NCBI GenBank assembly: GCA_964403185.1
Contig: CAYOFK010000005.1
Coordinates: forward strand, 1 to 37,617
From: an uncultured Rikenellaceae bacterium
GTDB taxonomy: Bacteria; Bacteroidota; Bacteroidia; Bacteroidales; VadinHA17
Length of the DNA: 37,617 bases
Direction of reading: 5' to 3'
The notes beneath the pieces were generated by a model. The model was not told the origin of the DNA and made no database searches. It saw only the letters and a program-made list of their open reading frames with translations. The position numbers and the translations under genes were made by a program. The stretch's first letter is position 1, and every line of letters begins with the position of its first letter. Shown here one piece after another: positions 25,623 through 35,157 of this stretch.

Positions 25623-26318
25623 TTACTCAACGGTTAATTGTGTCTCTACTCTTGCGATGAACTTTTCAATATCCCTGGCTTCCAGACTTTTTGGATACTG
25701 AGTTTTAATATTTTCATACATTGATAAGGCCTTGTGAAACTCTCCGCGGGCTTCATGAAGCAAACCTGCCTTCATGAAATAGATGGGCGCAATGAACTCG
25801 TTTCTTTTTTGTTTTGCAGCTTTCAGATACATGCTAAGGGCTTCTTTTTCCTGGCCAAGTTCCAGGTAAGCATCTCCCATGGCACCGGTGGCAATATTCT
25901 GTATGGTCTGGTCACCGGAACTGAAATCCTTCAGATATTCAATGGCATTTTCGAACTCACCCAGTTGCAGATAACAGATGCCTGCATAGTAATTGGAAAG
26001 GTTGGCTGATTTGGTTATTCCATACTCATCAATAATGTCCAGGAAACCCAGATTGTTTCCATCGCCATTTAATGCCAGTCTGAAGGAATCTGTTTCAAAA
26101 TATTGTTCCGCAACAAACATTTGTGTTTGAGCCTCCTTTTCAGCCGGACCAACGATATATCTCTTATAAAGGGTGAAACCAACAACGATCACTGTAATTG
26201 CGAGAACAATGATGGTCAGACTCTTTTGATTGTCTTCAATATATTGCTCTGTTCGCGTTAGGGCGCTTTCAAATCCTTCGATCCCTGCTTCAGTTTGGTC
26301 TGTTTTTTTCTTTGCCAT
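25623..26318 (-). CDS. Membrane-anchored tetratricopeptide-repeat protein (YfgM-like), upstream of ribH
   Basis: 231 aa with one N-terminal TM segment ([18 protein letters not shown]). TPR-like repeats follow ([59 protein letters not shown]). Its stop is 8 nt before the ribH start. Confidence 0.7.
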   Translation of the reverse strand: MAKKKTDQTEAGIEGFESALTRTEQYIEDNQKSLTIIVLAITVIVVGFTLYKRYIVGPAEKEAQTQMFVAEQYFETDSFRLALNGDGNNLGFLDIIDEYGITKSANLSNYYAGICYLQLGEFENAIEYLKDFSSGDQTIQNIATGAMGDAYLELGQEKEALSMYLKAAKQKRNEFIAPIYFMKAGLLHEARGEFHKALSMYENIKTQYPKSLEARDIEKFIARVETQLTVE

Positions 26319-26360
26319 GTACCTGGTTTATATTAAACGAACGGTTTTTTTGAATTTCCG

Positions 26361-26368
26361 CAAATTTA
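26361..26368 (-). promoter_or_regulatory. Candidate -7 box for the TPR-ribH operon
   Basis: The plus strand reads caaattta, which is taaatttg on the minus strand. It lies about 43 nt upstream of the start at 26318. Confidence 0.45.
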
Positions 26369-26532
26369 GGTGTTTGTTTTTGATTTTGAAAAGGATCGAC
26401 TGAAAAACATCAAAATAAGGGGGATTGATGAAATCGAGCACCCAAATCATGCTATCAGGACCGGACGAATACACTTCAAACCCATATTCCGAAAACATAA
26501 CATTTAACCCCGGTCCTCTGAGGTAATTTTCT

Positions 26533-26540
26533 TACTTTTG
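26533..26540 (+). promoter_or_regulatory. Candidate -7 box for recF
   Basis: tacttttg lies 25 nt upstream of ATG 26565. Confidence 0.45.
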
Positions 26541-26564
26541 TAAGGAACAGGAAGAAACCAGGGA

Positions 26565-27665
26565 ATGTATCTGAAAATATTATCATTAATCAATTTTAAA
26601 AACTACGAACAGGCTGAATTTCAGTTCTCCGGGAAATTAAATTGTTTCGTTGGAAACAACGGGGTAGGTAAAACAAACCTTCTGGATGCCATACATTACC
26701 TGTCGTTGACAAAAAGTTATTTTAATTCCATTGATACACAGAACATCCGGCATGAGGCCGACCTGTTTATGATACAGGGAAGCTTTGAACATGAGGAGAA
26801 GTCAGATACCATAACCTGCTCGGTACGTCGTAATAAGAAAAAAAAATTCAGTAAAAATAAAAAGGAATACCAACGGCTTGCTGATCATATTGGCTTATTC
26901 CCGGTAGTTATGATTTCTCCGGAAGACAGTGCATTGGTTATGGTTGGAAGTGAACAACGGAGAAAATTCATGGATGCCGTCATTTCGCAATACGACCGTA
27001 AATACCTTGAAGATCTTATAAACTATAACCGGGCATTATTACAGAGAAATCAACTCTTAAAAGCATTTTATAAGGAACATAAATTTGATGCTGCATCCCT
27101 TGCCCTTTGGGATGAACAGCTTGTTCCACCCGGAGAGCGGATCCATGCCAGACGTGTGGAATTTATCCGGAACCTGATTCCGAAGTTCCAGAATTATTAC
27201 GACACAATTTCAGAAAAGAAGGAAATAGTTGGATTGAAATACAGATCGCAGCTTGAAGGAAAAAATTTCAGGGAAGAACTTAAAGCCCATAATGAAAAGG
27301 ACCGCATCCTGCAATATACTACATTTGGCGTTCATAAAGATGATCTGGATCTTTTACTGGAGGATCATCCAATCAGGAAAGTAGGATCACAGGGCCAGCA
27401 AAAAACCTACCTTGTTGCGCTAAAACTTGCCAAATTTGAGTGCATCCGGCAAACCACTGCCAAAAAACCCATTTTATTGCTCGATGATATCTTTGATAAG
27501 TTCGATGCATCCAGGGTTACACAGATCATTAAGATCATTTCGGAAAGGGAGTTCGGACAGATCTTTATCACCGATACAAATCAGGACCGTCTCGATACCA
27601 TTCTTTCAAAAATGGGAACCGATTATAAAATATTTAAGATCAATAATGCCATTTCAGAGTTGTAA
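26565..27665 (+). CDS. recF: DNA replication and repair protein RecF
   Basis: 366 aa. MYLKILSLINFKNY start, Walker A FVGNNGVGKTNLLDA, SMC signature-like GSQGQQKTYLVALKLA, and Walker B ILLLDDIFDKFD. Confidence 0.95.
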   Translation: MYLKILSLINFKNYEQAEFQFSGKLNCFVGNNGVGKTNLLDAIHYLSLTKSYFNSIDTQNIRHEADLFMIQGSFEHEEKSDTITCSVRRNKKKKFSKNKKEYQRLADHIGLFPVVMISPEDSALVMVGSEQRRKFMDAVISQYDRKYLEDLINYNRALLQRNQLLKAFYKEHKFDAASLALWDEQLVPPGERIHARRVEFIRNLIPKFQNYYDTISEKKEIVGLKYRSQLEGKNFREELKAHNEKDRILQYTTFGVHKDDLDLLLEDHPIRKVGSQGQQKTYLVALKLAKFECIRQTTAKKPILLLDDIFDKFDASRVTQIIKIISEREFGQIFITDTNQDRLDTILSKMGTDYKIFKINNAISEL

Positions 27666-27688
27666 GATACGGAAAGGCCAGGACAGAT

Positions 27689-27979
27689 ATGAGAAGGAGT
27701 AAAACACACGACCTTAAGACCTTGATTGAAAAATATCTTGAAGAAACCGGCTTAAGAAAAAAGCTCAAGGAGGTGGAACTTATTAATAGCTGGGAAGAAG
27801 TTGTGGGTCCGATGATTGCCAACCGGACCAGGAATATCCGGTTAAAGGACGGAAAACTGATTCTTCATCTTCAATCCTCAGTTGTGAAGAACGAATTATT
27901 ATTACTCAGGGAAACCTTGAGAACTACCTTGAATGAAAGAGCAGGAGAGGAGCTCGTTAAAGAAATCATCCTGAAATAA
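27689..27979 (+). CDS. DUF721 (DciA-like) domain protein
   Basis: 96 aa directly after recF, which is the conserved Bacteroidota arrangement. NSWEEVVGPMIANRTRNIRLKDGKLILHLQSSVVKNEL fits the DUF721 pattern. Confidence 0.72.
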   Translation: MRRSKTHDLKTLIEKYLEETGLRKKLKEVELINSWEEVVGPMIANRTRNIRLKDGKLILHLQSSVVKNELLLLRETLRTTLNERAGEELVKEIILK

Positions 27980-27994
27980 AATGACTCCTGATTT

Positions 27995-28414
27995 TTAAAA
28001 TCTCTCCAGCTTCGAAAAGAAAAAATCACTTTCAATAACTGCGTTTTCATCGCTGTCTGAACCGTGTACCGCGTTATTCTGAACGGATTCCGCATACTTT
28101 TTCCGTATGGTCCCTTCGGCTGCCTGAGCCGGATCCGTGTTGCCTATTAAACTCCGGAAGTTTTCAACTGCATGTTCTTTTTCAAGAAGGAGAGCCACAA
28201 CAGGTCCTGAGATCATGAACTCCACCAGATCGTTAAAGAACGGCCGTGCTTTATGAACGGCATAAAAGGCCCGGGCTTGTTTCCGGTTCAGCCGGGTATA
28301 TTTCATGGCGCGGATTTGAAATCCGGATTGGGTGATCTGAGTTAGAATCGGTCCGATATAATTGCTGCCAACAGCATCGGGTTTGATCATTGAAAAGGTA
28401 ATGTTGCCTGTCAT
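27995..28414 (-). CDS. ndk: Nucleoside-diphosphate kinase
   Basis: 139 aa. [44 protein letters not shown] and NAVHGSDS (active-site His) are canonical NDK blocks. Confidence 0.95.
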   Translation of the reverse strand: MTGNITFSMIKPDAVGSNYIGPILTQITQSGFQIRAMKYTRLNRKQARAFYAVHKARPFFNDLVEFMISGPVVALLLEKEHAVENFRSLIGNTDPAQAAEGTIRKKYAESVQNNAVHGSDSDENAVIESDFFFSKLERF

Positions 28415-28433
28415 AGTTTGTGTATTGAGGTCT

Positions 28434-28441
28434 CAAATTTA
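28434..28441 (-). promoter_or_regulatory. Candidate -7 box for ndk
   Basis: The plus strand reads caaattta, which is taaatttg on the minus strand. It lies about 20 nt upstream of the start at 28414. Confidence 0.45.
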
Positions 28442-28484
28442 GGAAATTTTGTCATATAGTTTTAGAAATCAAACCTCCAAAATC

Positions 28485-28525
28485 ATAACTCTTCCAGCCC
28501 GACGGCAGGCGGGCCGGAAAGTTAT
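28485..28525. repeat. 41-nt imperfect palindrome between the divergent ndk and nrnA promoters; related to the CTTCCAGCC / GGCAGG repeat words
   Basis: In ataactcttccagccc gacggcaggc gggccggaaagttat the arms pair 6+4+4 bp, with one bulge and one mismatch. cttccagcc recurs at 25081-25089. Confidence 0.5.
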
Positions 28526-28596
28526 TACATCAATCCAGCTTTGTAGACGGCCCCAGGTCTCTGATTGCAAATATCCGGCAATCTCCTGCTTTTTCA

Positions 28597-28604
28597 TATC
28601 TTTG
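28597..28604 (+). promoter_or_regulatory. Candidate -7 box for nrnA
   Basis: tatctttg lies 24 nt upstream of ATG 28628. Confidence 0.45.
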
Positions 28605-28627
28605 AGCTTTGCTAATGCATACCCTGA

Positions 28628-29659
28628 ATGGCTTATATAGATAAGAAAACTGTAAGATTATTTGAGAACGTCCTGGTAAGGAATCAGAATTTTGTTCTGG
28701 TAACTCATACCAATCCGGATGGGGATGCCATGGGCTCCATGTTGGGACTTTATTTTTACCTTAAATCTATCGGCAAGAATGTTGTTCCAATAGCCCCCAC
28801 ACCTTATGCTGAGTTTCTTCACTGGCTTCCGGGGAATTCTGAAGTTCTGAAATTCAGAAAAGATAAACGACAAATAAAAACTGTTATTTCTGAGGCAGGA
28901 GTTGTTATCTTTCTGGATCTGAATGACCCGGAAAGAACAGGTGGTTTATGGCAGTATCTGGAACAAAATACGGATGCTGTTAAGGTGCTCATTGACCACC
29001 ATCCGGATCCTGTTCACTTCTGTGATCTTGTTATTTCGGATACCAGGCCAGCTGCTACAGCAGAACTCATTTTCGATCTCATTCAAAGCATGGATGCACC
29101 TCAACTGAAAGAAAAGGCTCTTTGTGTATGCCTTTATACGGGGATCATGACAGATACGGGATGTTTCAGTTTCAATTCATCACGACCGGAAACGTTCCGT
29201 ACTGTTGCCAATATACTTGAGTCCGGAATTGACAAGGATCGGATATTTAACCGGATTTATAATACTTTTTCAGACTCCCGCATGAGATTGCTGGGATTCA
29301 GCCTGGATCAGAAAATGAAGGTGTTACCATCACATCGGACCGCCTATATTGCACTTACTGCAGAGGAAATGAAGCGGTATCATTTTCAATTTGGAGATTC
29401 TGAAGGATTTGTCAACCATCCACTGAGCATTAACGGAATCCGGTTTTCCGCTTTATTCCTCGAAAAGAAGAAGCATATCAAGATATCCTTCAGATCCAGA
29501 GGGTCGTTTCCGGCCAATGAATTCTCTGAGAAGCATTTTAATGGCGGTGGGCATTTGAATGCTGCAGGTGGTGAATCCTCAGTATCCATGGAAGAAACAC
29601 TTAAAAAGTTTGAATCCCTTCTTTCGGAATACCACGCTCAACTCTGTTCAGATGACTAA
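28628..29659 (+). CDS. nrnA: DHH/DHHA1 phosphoesterase (NrnA-type oligoribonuclease / pAp phosphatase)
   Basis: 343 aa. HTNPDGDAMGS (DxD), LIDHHPD (DHH) and the DHHA1 block FNGGGHLNAAGG. Confidence 0.82.
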   Translation: MAYIDKKTVRLFENVLVRNQNFVLVTHTNPDGDAMGSMLGLYFYLKSIGKNVVPIAPTPYAEFLHWLPGNSEVLKFRKDKRQIKTVISEAGVVIFLDLNDPERTGGLWQYLEQNTDAVKVLIDHHPDPVHFCDLVISDTRPAATAELIFDLIQSMDAPQLKEKALCVCLYTGIMTDTGCFSFNSSRPETFRTVANILESGIDKDRIFNRIYNTFSDSRMRLLGFSLDQKMKVLPSHRTAYIALTAEEMKRYHFQFGDSEGFVNHPLSINGIRFSALFLEKKKHIKISFRSRGSFPANEFSEKHFNGGGHLNAAGGESSVSMEETLKKFESLLSEYHAQLCSDD

Positions 29660-30173
29660 ATGTATATTAATATTTATATTGGTCACAGTTCCAGGCTGCT
29701 CCCACCGGCAGAACAGGCCTGCATCAATAAGGAAAATACCGGACGATCAATCCATGATTGAAGTCAACCGTTTCCTGGTTGAGAAAGATGCAGAATTGAT
29801 CCGGGCCTATATCAAACGGCGTAACTGGACCATGGAGAAAGATGAATACGGTTACTGGTTTACGATATTTGATAAGGGTTCGGGTATCCGGCTCCGAAAA
29901 GGAGATGCCGTATTGGTACACTTCAGGGAAAGCCTCTTAGACGGAACCGTATGTTATTCCAGTGAGGAATCAGGACCGGTGGAATTGCAAACCGGACAGG
30001 GAACTGAAATTGACGGACTGGAGGAAGGATTATCGCATCTTAGTGTAGGAGACTCCGCAGGATTTATTTTTCCGCCAGGTTTGGCATACGGTTTGCCGGG
30101 TGATGGTAACAGGATTCCACGCAGAGCAGTCATCGTATATGAATTACGCGTTTTGGAGTTCATTCAAAAATAA
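29652..30173 (+). CDS. FKBP-type peptidyl-prolyl cis-trans isomerase (lipoprotein)
   Basis: The track ORF 29559 runs inside nrnA. The internal ATG at 29652 gives MTKCILIFILVTVPGC and overlaps the nrnA stop by 8 nt (ATGACTAA). FKBP blocks: GDAVLVHFRESLLDGTV, GTEIDGLEEGLSHLSVGDSAGFIFPPGLAYG. Confidence 0.78.
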   Translation: MTKCILIFILVTVPGCSHRQNRPASIRKIPDDQSMIEVNRFLVEKDAELIRAYIKRRNWTMEKDEYGYWFTIFDKGSGIRLRKGDAVLVHFRESLLDGTVCYSSEESGPVELQTGQGTEIDGLEEGLSHLSVGDSAGFIFPPGLAYGLPGDGNRIPRRAVIVYELRVLEFIQK

Positions 30174-30255
30174 ATTAATTTTATATTCCGCAGTGGTATT
30201 CTTTGTGGATGCCATCAATGTTCAGGAAGAATGAGTATACTAAAAGTATCAAATT

Positions 30256-30750
30256 ATGAAATACGGGGCATTTTTTAAATGGATGGTTTTTACATCCCTG
30301 ATCATGGTTGTTAGTTCTTGTTTTAAGGATGATCTTGCATCGGATGAAAAGCAAAAGCTTAAAGAACAGGAGGATTTGAAAGCCTACCTTGAGTACAATA
30401 ATATAACTACTGTACCAACGGAAAGCGGATTGTATTATTTAGAAACAAAAACAGGGACTGGCATCTTTCCTGATTCAGGCGATGTAGCTTCTATTTTATT
30501 TACAACCAGACTTCTTGCCAGTGGATACCTGCTTGAATCAAGGTTGGTCATACCCTTGCCGGTTACACTGGGAAATGGCGAGGTCATTCCTGGACTGGAT
30601 GAAGGCATCCGGTTGATGAAAAAGAATGGCACTGCAACTTTGATCATTCCCTCTCAACTTGCTTATGGTTCTTATGGTTACGGGAGTGTGATCGGACCCT
30701 ACAGGACCTTGATCATGGATGTTAAACTTATAGATCTGGCAACAGACTGA
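30256..30750 (+). CDS. FKBP-type peptidyl-prolyl cis-trans isomerase (lipoprotein), second tandem copy
   Basis: 164 aa with lipobox MVVSSC. GDVASILFTTRLL..G and GEVIPGLDEGIRLMKKNGTATLIIPSQLAYG. Confidence 0.78.
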   Translation: MKYGAFFKWMVFTSLIMVVSSCFKDDLASDEKQKLKEQEDLKAYLEYNNITTVPTESGLYYLETKTGTGIFPDSGDVASILFTTRLLASGYLLESRLVIPLPVTLGNGEVIPGLDEGIRLMKKNGTATLIIPSQLAYGSYGYGSVIGPYRTLIMDVKLIDLATD

Positions 30751-30937
30751 TGAGGGGAACCTGAACGATAAGCAGGGTCTGAATTGAGAATGTCCTCCAC
30801 CCTGACATTTATAGTCAGGAGGAGGTGCCTGAAACCAGCAACCGGGGCTGTAGGGTTTTTCAGCCTCCATTGTTACTTATTCCGCATAATACCCGCCATG
30901 TCCACCGGCATGGCCCGCGCATGGCAGGCCTGAGTTC

Positions 30938-33900
30938 TTATTCGATAGGTTTGTAATCCTTGAAAGGACTGAGGTTTGCATCTTCCACAGCCTTTCTGAA
31001 TTCCAGCCAGTCTTCAGCGTAGAATTTGTTCACTTTTTCCAGGGTTTCATCCAGTTCCTCATCCACTTGTTTGATAGCCAGTTTTTCAGTGTCATTCAAT
31101 GGTTCAATGGCCATCAATGCCGATCTCAAACCATAGAGTTTCCTGGTGATCATGTCCGGGTTCCTTTGGATTTGCTGTCCACTTTCCTCCTGGATCAAAT
31201 TCTTTGTCATTTCTTTCATGGCTTGTTCAATCTTTTTGGTAGCTTCTCGCAGTGTTTTGGTGTTTTCGTCCTGGTTTTTTGGCATCATTGCTTTAACAGA
31301 TTCAATGGTTTTTTTGCTTTCCGTTATGCGGTCGAATGCATCAGCCAGCAATTCTACCTTCTTCATTACGGGTTCAACAAATGCCTGATTTTGCTTAATA
31401 ACCACAGTTGAAATATTCATTCTTGGATCTGAATGTATATTCAGAAATGTTGAGTCAGAATGCCCTTTATAGCTTATTTTTAATTTGTAAGTCCCTGGCA
31501 GTGCATAGCCCCCGCCTCCGCGTTCTTCGCCGGAACCACTCCCGCTCATCCGGTAGCCGCCAAACCGGCTCCTGCCTCCGGCACCTGGATACCGGTAGCC
31601 CTTTTTATTCATGCTCCAGTAAACCCGGTTCAGGCCTGTCGTGGGAGTGAATGTCAGATTCCTTATCACAGTACCATCTTCATCACTTATCTGTATGGTT
31701 GCCCTTTTGGCGTTGCCACTTCTGGCTCCTTGTTGTGGACTGGATCCACCGGAAAATGACCGGCCACCCATCTGAAATTCCCTGGCAGGCCGCCTGGACC
31801 CGGCGCTGGTTCCTTCTTTGACACTGAAGGTGATCATGGCGCCTGACCTCCTGTTTTCTCCTGAATAAAAAGCACTGCCGGCAGAATAATATCCTGGAGA
31901 ATTTTTCCGGCTTACCATATAAGCTTCTGGCGGATCGTAGATATGAACCTCATCGTTTATGACAGCCCCGGCAGTGGATGCCAGTTCCCTTAATGGACGA
32001 ATGTCATCCATGATCCATATGGAACGGCCAAAACTGCCTATAACCAGGTCGTGTTCCCTTGGGTGTATCACCAGGTCCATCGTTGAGGCACTGGGATAAC
32101 CATTAGTCCAGAGTGTCCAGTTGGTTCCTGCATCAATACTTACGTACAATCCGAACTCTGTTCCCAGGAACATTAGTTTGGGTTCTTCAGGATCCTGTAC
32201 AAATGAAAGAACATATCCGAAAATGGAGGATTCATCCACCATGTTTGTCCAGGTTTTACCATAGTTTGTTGTATGCAGAAGGTATGGTTTGAAATCATTC
32301 CGGCGGTAGTTGTTTATCACTACAAAAGCTTCACCTTCATTAAATGCGGAAGGTTTGATCTGTGGTATCCAGCTGTTGTCCGGCACCAGTTTTGAAAAGT
32401 TTTTTGATACATTTATCCAGTTGGCACCGCCATCCTGCGTCAAATGCAATTGTCCGTCATCGGTTCCAACCCAGATTACGTCCTTTTTCAGGGTTCCTGG
32501 CGATATGGCAAGGATAGTGGTGTGATTCTCAGCACCGGTGACATCAAGTGTCAAACCCCCACTTTCAGCTTGTTTTTGTTTCTCAGGATCATTGGTGGTC
32601 AGATCCGGCGATATAATCTCCCATTTATCACCCCTGTTTTCACTTTTATGAACAAACTGGCTGCCAAAATATATGGTTGTGGGTGTAAAAGGATCGGCAG
32701 CAATAGGCGCATTCCAATGGAATCTCAGCTTTTTTCCATCAGGATGAATGGGACGAATGTTCTTTGAATGCCCTGTTTTAAGATCCACACGTCCAACATA
32801 GCCTTGTTGGGACATGGCATAACAATACCTTGGGTTACCTGGATCCGGCAGTACGTCAAACCCATCGCCCCCCATAAGGCTTTGCCAGTAAGTATTTATA
32901 ATACCGCCGCGTGTCCAGATGTAGCCGGGACCCCTCCAGGATCCGTTATCCTGTAAACCTCCGTAAACATTGTATGGAAGTTCCATATCCACCTGTACAT
33001 GGTAAAACTGACCAACAGGCAGGTTTTCAATATAGCGCCAGGTTTTTCCGTGGTCGCGGGTGATGGCCATACCACCGTCATTTCCGTTGATCATGAACTT
33101 TGGATCTTCCGGATGGATCCACCAGGCATGATGGTCAGGATGGATGTTGAATCCTCTCAGGGAACTGAAGGTCTTTCCGCCATCCTCACTGACACTTACC
33201 CTTGAATATAAAGAATATACACGGTTTTCATTGTTGGGGTCAACATAGATCTCGGAATAATAGAACGGTCTGTTTCCAATTCCCTGCTCTCCTACTTTGG
33301 TCCAGTTATGGCCCCCGTCGTTAGATCTGTAAAGTGCATTCTTCTTTGATTCTATCCAGGCATACACAATGTCGGGCACACTTCTTGAAATGGCGATACC
33401 CATTCTGCCCAGATCGCCCTCCGGCAGTCCGTTCTTATCGGTTAATTTTGTCCAGTTCTCTCCGCCATCATAGGTTAAATAAAGGCCGGAACCGGCTCCG
33501 CCGGATCTGAAAAACCAGGGCCAGCGCTGGTGGTCCCACATGTTTACAAATATCTTATCGGGATTGACAGGATCCATCACCATATCACCAACACCCGTGG
33601 TTTCATTTACATATAATATTTTATTCCAGGTTTTGCCACCATCCGTGGTTTTAAAAACCCCGCGTTCAGGATGTGGTCCCCATGGAGATCCAATGGCCCC
33701 AACATAAACCACATCACTGTTGGTCGGATCGATGACGATCCTGTGAATGTGCCGTGTAGCTTCAAGCCCCATAAGTTTCCAGGTCCGGCCGCCATCAATG
33801 GTTTTGTAAAGTCCATAACCACTGGAAATACTGTTCCTTGGATTTCCTTCACCGGTACCTGCCCATACCACATCAGGATTGCTCTGATCGATGGTCACAG

Positions 33901-34177
33901 AGCCCAGGTTTATGACCCGTTCCTTATCAAAAACCGGAGTCCATGTGATGCCGCCACTTTGCGTTTTCCAAAGTCCGCCCGAAGCTGTGGCAACATACAT
34001 TACGTTCGGATCACTGAGTACCACATCAATATCGGTAACCCGGCCGCTCATACCGGCCGGGCCAATACTTCTGGGTTTGAGAACTTCAAGTTTCGTAAGA
34101 TCAACCTTTTGTCCCGGGAGGGAAAGGGTGAACAAAAAAACTGATAAAATGCTGAGAAAGATTCGGGATTTTTTCAT
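30938..34177 (-). CDS. BNR/Asp-box repeat, sortilin/VPS10-like beta-propeller protein with a C-terminal helical tail
   Basis: 1079 aa with a signal peptide. There are many Asp-box-like repeats (SGGITWTPV, TIDGGRTWKL, TTDGGKTWNK, TYDGGENWTK, SNDGGHNWTK, SEDGGKTFSS, TRDHGKTWRY, TQDGGANWIN, TTNYGKTWTN, SIDAGTNWTL). A Gly/Arg/Ser-rich insert and a ~150-aa Lys/Glu-rich helical tail follow. Confidence 0.8.
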   Translation of the reverse strand: MKKSRIFLSILSVFLFTLSLPGQKVDLTKLEVLKPRSIGPAGMSGRVTDIDVVLSDPNVMYVATASGGLWKTQSGGITWTPVFDKERVINLGSVTIDQSNPDVVWAGTGEGNPRNSISSGYGLYKTIDGGRTWKLMGLEATRHIHRIVIDPTNSDVVYVGAIGSPWGPHPERGVFKTTDGGKTWNKILYVNETTGVGDMVMDPVNPDKIFVNMWDHQRWPWFFRSGGAGSGLYLTYDGGENWTKLTDKNGLPEGDLGRMGIAISRSVPDIVYAWIESKKNALYRSNDGGHNWTKVGEQGIGNRPFYYSEIYVDPNNENRVYSLYSRVSVSEDGGKTFSSLRGFNIHPDHHAWWIHPEDPKFMINGNDGGMAITRDHGKTWRYIENLPVGQFYHVQVDMELPYNVYGGLQDNGSWRGPGYIWTRGGIINTYWQSLMGGDGFDVLPDPGNPRYCYAMSQQGYVGRVDLKTGHSKNIRPIHPDGKKLRFHWNAPIAADPFTPTTIYFGSQFVHKSENRGDKWEIISPDLTTNDPEKQKQAESGGLTLDVTGAENHTTILAISPGTLKKDVIWVGTDDGQLHLTQDGGANWINVSKNFSKLVPDNSWIPQIKPSAFNEGEAFVVINNYRRNDFKPYLLHTTNYGKTWTNMVDESSIFGYVLSFVQDPEEPKLMFLGTEFGLYVSIDAGTNWTLWTNGYPSASTMDLVIHPREHDLVIGSFGRSIWIMDDIRPLRELASTAGAVINDEVHIYDPPEAYMVSRKNSPGYYSAGSAFYSGENRRSGAMITFSVKEGTSAGSRRPAREFQMGGRSFSGGSSPQQGARSGNAKRATIQISDEDGTVIRNLTFTPTTGLNRVYWSMNKKGYRYPGAGGRSRFGGYRMSGSGSGEERGGGGYALPGTYKLKISYKGHSDSTFLNIHSDPRMNISTVVIKQNQAFVEPVMKKVELLADAFDRITESKKTIESVKAMMPKNQDENTKTLREATKKIEQAMKEMTKNLIQEESGQQIQRNPDMITRKLYGLRSALMAIEPLNDTEKLAIKQVDEELDETLEKVNKFYAEDWLEFRKAVEDANLSPFKDYKPIE

Positions 34178-34286
34178 GAATGGAAAATTTTAAGGTTAGG
34201 TTACTATCGATATGCATGGAAAATTCTATATGAAAGAGTCGAAATTTCAATCTGAATAAAATCATTAGACCTTAAAACGTGATCAT

Positions 34287-35033
34287 TTATTCCTGCTTCA
34301 CCAGCTTGAAATGATTGCCGGGGGGAGTACCTGCATAGATCAGAAAAATGGTTGGCCGTTTGTGCAAATCAGGAAGTTTCTTCTTCCAATCCTTCACAGC
34401 CCTGGTTTGAATGTATTCAGTTTCCAGAGTCAGGTCTGCGGCAATACAAAATAATGTTTCAGGATTGCAGAAAGATACAATGTCTTCAGCCAGCCCCTGG
34501 TTCCGGTAAGGAGTTTCCATGAAAATCTGAGTCTCATTATTCTGCTGCGATCGCTTTTCAAGTTTTTTAATGGTTTGGATCCTTGCCGGTGGTTTGACAG
34601 GTAAATATCCGTAAAAGCAAAACCGCTGGCCATTGGTGCCCGATGCCATTAGAGCCAGGAGCAGGGAAGAAGGCCCGATCAATGGAACCACCTGTATGTT
34701 GTTCTGATGGGCACGCAGGACGATTACGGCCCCTGGATCAGCAACAGCCGGTGTCCCGGCTTCAGATAAAATACCAACATCTTTTCCCTCCAGTAAGGGC
34801 CGCATCATCGGGTCATAATCCTCTGCAAGAGTATGTTTGTTGAGTTCAAAAAAGACAATGGAATCGAAATTGTTACTGAATCCCACTGCCCTGAGAAAAC
34901 GTCTGGCCGATCGCAGGTTTTCAACAATAAAATATTCAAGAGTATTGATAACCTTAAGGTTCTCAGGTGGAAATATATTCCTGTAGGTGGACGAACCCAG
35001 ATCGGATGGAATGAGATACAAGCGGGGATTCAT
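34287..35033 (-). CDS. Tetrapyrrole-methylase-fold SAM-dependent methyltransferase (RsmI-like)
   Basis: 248 aa. The LYLIPSDLGS start, FIVENLRSARRFL and ILSEAGTPAVADPGAVIV parallel the RsmI blocks (LYVV.TPIGN, AEDTR, SDAGTP.ISDPG). Confidence 0.68.
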   Translation of the reverse strand: MNPRLYLIPSDLGSSTYRNIFPPENLKVINTLEYFIVENLRSARRFLRAVGFSNNFDSIVFFELNKHTLAEDYDPMMRPLLEGKDVGILSEAGTPAVADPGAVIVLRAHQNNIQVVPLIGPSSLLLALMASGTNGQRFCFYGYLPVKPPARIQTIKKLEKRSQQNNETQIFMETPYRNQGLAEDIVSFCNPETLFCIAADLTLETEYIQTRAVKDWKKKLPDLHKRPTIFLIYAGTPPGNHFKLVKQE

Positions 35034-35157
35034 GCCTGAATTGTTTGCCCAAAGTTATGAAGTTTTTTCAATCAGATGATGGCCCCACTTCTTTATGTGT
35101 TTTTAAAGATGGTGCTTCAGAAATTTTGGATAATTTTACGGAACAGACAAACAGGCT

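Noticed and set aside
25615-26564. FMN (RFN) riboswitch upstream of ribH or the TPR-ribH operon
   Set aside because: ribH starts 8 nt after the TPR gene. In the leader upstream of the TPR gene I saw none of the conserved RFN core sequences, and the leader is AT-rich.
28449-28640. 63-aa ORF in the ndk/nrnA divergent region
   Set aside because: It spans the palindrome and both promoter boxes, and has no motifs.
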